Assembly: GCA_024686135.1 (NCBI GenBank)
Contig: JAIBDQ010000001.1
Location: forward strand, 26,985 to 90,984
From: Halobacteriovorax sp.
Lineage (GTDB): Bacteria > Bdellovibrionota > Bacteriovoracia > Bacteriovoracales > Bacteriovoracaceae
DNA: 64,000 bases
Direction of reading: 5' to 3'
The notes under the pieces were generated by a model that made no database searches, was not told the origin of the DNA, and saw only the letters and a list, made by a program, of their open reading frames with translations. Positions 62,598-64,000 of this stretch are shown here, piece after piece; positions within the stretch are counted from its first letter, which is position 1, and each line of letters begins with the position of its first letter. The position numbers and the translations under genes are program-made.

Positions 62598-63944
62598 ATG
62601 AAAAGGATTGCACTACTTTCTATTATTCTAGCCTCCATAGGCATCTTTACATACCAGTATGAAGAAAAGGGTGGTCTAGAGAGATTAGCAGAGAAAGAGG
62701 CTAAGCATAAAATAATCGATGAAGCATTTCTTGGTGAACTAAGAGAAATCAGCGCTAGTAACTTCAGCCTTAAAAAAGAAGGCGATTTCTTTCGAACCTC
62801 TAAGGGGACCCTCGTTGATGCTGAAAGATTACAAAAGTACTTAGATGTTTTAGGTAAGATGAAAGTAAAGAGGTACCTTAAATCTGAGGAAAAGAACCCC
62901 CTTTTTTTTCCTGTGGATTCACCTATTCTAAAATTCACATTTGCCAATGGCTATGCTCACTTCAAGCTTGGAGAAAAGCTTGATTTTGATCAAAGCTTTT
63001 ATATGGAAGTAAATCAAAATGGAGAAGTTAAGCAAATGATTGCTTTTGACTCTTCTCCTAACGAAGGGACTTATGACAAAGCCACCTTTCATAAAAACCC
63101 TGAAAAATATTTAAGGTTTAAAACTTTAATCCTTCTAGAGGAAGACTTCTTTATCGATACCCATATTTTTCAAGAAGAGTATGTGGCCAAGAAAGTAGAA
63201 TGGGTTTCAATCACTGTTGTGAATAATAGTTCTGATCCATTTGAATTAATCATACCTGAAAGGGAGATAATGCCCCCTCCTCCATATAATTTGAAAACCA
63301 GACGAGCCTCTTATCATGAGTTTATTTCTGAACTGGTAAATTTCACTGGTGTCGGCTGGATGAAACCAGGTAAGCTTTCGAACTCAGTTGCTACTCTTAT
63401 TACAAAAGATAAGTCTGAGAGTATAAAAACGATCAAAATCTTTAGGAAGCTAGACGAAAGAGAAGGTTTTTATGCTCATCTTGTAGAGAAAAATAAGATT
63501 CTTAGTTTTGAAAAGGATAAGTTAAAGATATTCCTTAAGAAGGAGAACGACTTCTGGGAACTAAAAGCCGTTAATGAAGACCAGCCCCAAGAAATCACGA
63601 TGGAGTTTCCATCCGGTGAGAAGATCAACGTTAACCTCAACCACGGAAAGCTCTTTGAAGCCCGAACCGTTAAAAGCACTGATGGGGAGCCTATAAATAC
63701 GGCCTTTAAATATCTAATTGACGTCTTTTCTAAAGAGGCCGACGATTTAACCCCATTAGATGGCAATGAGAACCTTAATAAAAGCCTTTTTAAGGTTTCT
63801 TGGGGTGTTGAAGGCCAGTTATTTCATGTTATGCTAATTGGAGGAGAGATAATTCTAGCCAATAAAGAGCTAGGTTTTATGCTTCACTATAAATATCTAG
63901 ACTTACAGAAGTTTGGAAAAGGGATAAAGGATTTCTTTTTATAA
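62598..63944 (+). CDS. membrane-anchored protein following GldG-like gene (DUF4340-like by position)
   Basis: 448 aa with one N-terminal TM helix. Starts 2 nt after the gldG-like stop. Confidence 0.45.
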   Translation: MKRIALLSIILASIGIFTYQYEEKGGLERLAEKEAKHKIIDEAFLGELREISASNFSLKKEGDFFRTSKGTLVDAERLQKYLDVLGKMKVKRYLKSEEKNPLFFPVDSPILKFTFANGYAHFKLGEKLDFDQSFYMEVNQNGEVKQMIAFDSSPNEGTYDKATFHKNPEKYLRFKTLILLEEDFFIDTHIFQEEYVAKKVEWVSITVVNNSSDPFELIIPEREIMPPPPYNLKTRRASYHEFISELVNFTGVGWMKPGKLSNSVATLITKDKSESIKTIKIFRKLDEREGFYAHLVEKNKILSFEKDKLKIFLKKENDFWELKAVNEDQPQEITMEFPSGEKINVNLNHGKLFEARTVKSTDGEPINTAFKYLIDVFSKEADDLTPLDGNENLNKSLFKVSWGVEGQLFHVMLIGGEIILANKELGFMLHYKYLDLQKFGKGIKDFFL

Positions 63945-63945
63945 A

Positions 63946-64000
63946 TGATTCAACTTCTTTCAAACTATATTTACGCTTTTCTTCACCCGTTCAAGACTCA
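63946..64000 (+). CDS. start of a further ORF, truncated by window edge
   Basis: ATG lies 1 nt after the preceding stop. 18 codons (MIQLLSNYIYAFLHPFKT) are open to the window end. Confidence 0.25.

Overview
Visibly AT-rich, very gene-dense chromosomal segment with about 80 protein-coding ORFs and 2 tRNAs. I saw no rRNA, CRISPR array, transposase or integrase. Housekeeping genes: ABC-F ATPase, rsgA, cyclophilin, recJ, apt, lpdA plus an E2 acyltransferase, rplY/ctc, rarA, rpsU, ileS, maf, and an NrnA-like DHH phosphoesterase. These are mixed with many exported or lipoprotein ORFs: a MepA murein endopeptidase, a TonB-dependent receptor with an HmuY-like partner, two endonuclease I paralogues, a TatT-type TRAP transporter, and a GldA/F/G-like ABC system. 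This content is compatible with a Bdellovibrio-like predatory bacterium, but that taxon is only an inference. Most interesting observations: (1) two paralogous exported coiled-coil proteins share an unrecognised C-terminal module, and each sits behind a sigma-54-type -24/-12 promoter with a conserved palindrome about 90 bp upstream. A small exported protein and a degenerate receiver domain lie next to them. (2) A type-2 ileS is interrupted by one in-frame TAA at a conserved motif. (3) Three genes have coding sequence, including signal peptides, that extends upstream of any ATG/GTG/TTG and is best explained by ATA or ATT initiation behind good Shine-Dalgarno sites. (4) An HPF-like / pentapeptide-repeat / L25(Ctc) / 40-aa membrane peptide operon is divergent from a LysR gene. 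(5) Several short ORFs below the 60-aa cut-off of the supplied ORF track have strong SD sites, and several perfect palindromes sit at gene starts. (6) Convergent genes systematically abut or overlap at their stop codons. All functional calls come from motif recognition by eye; no database search was run.
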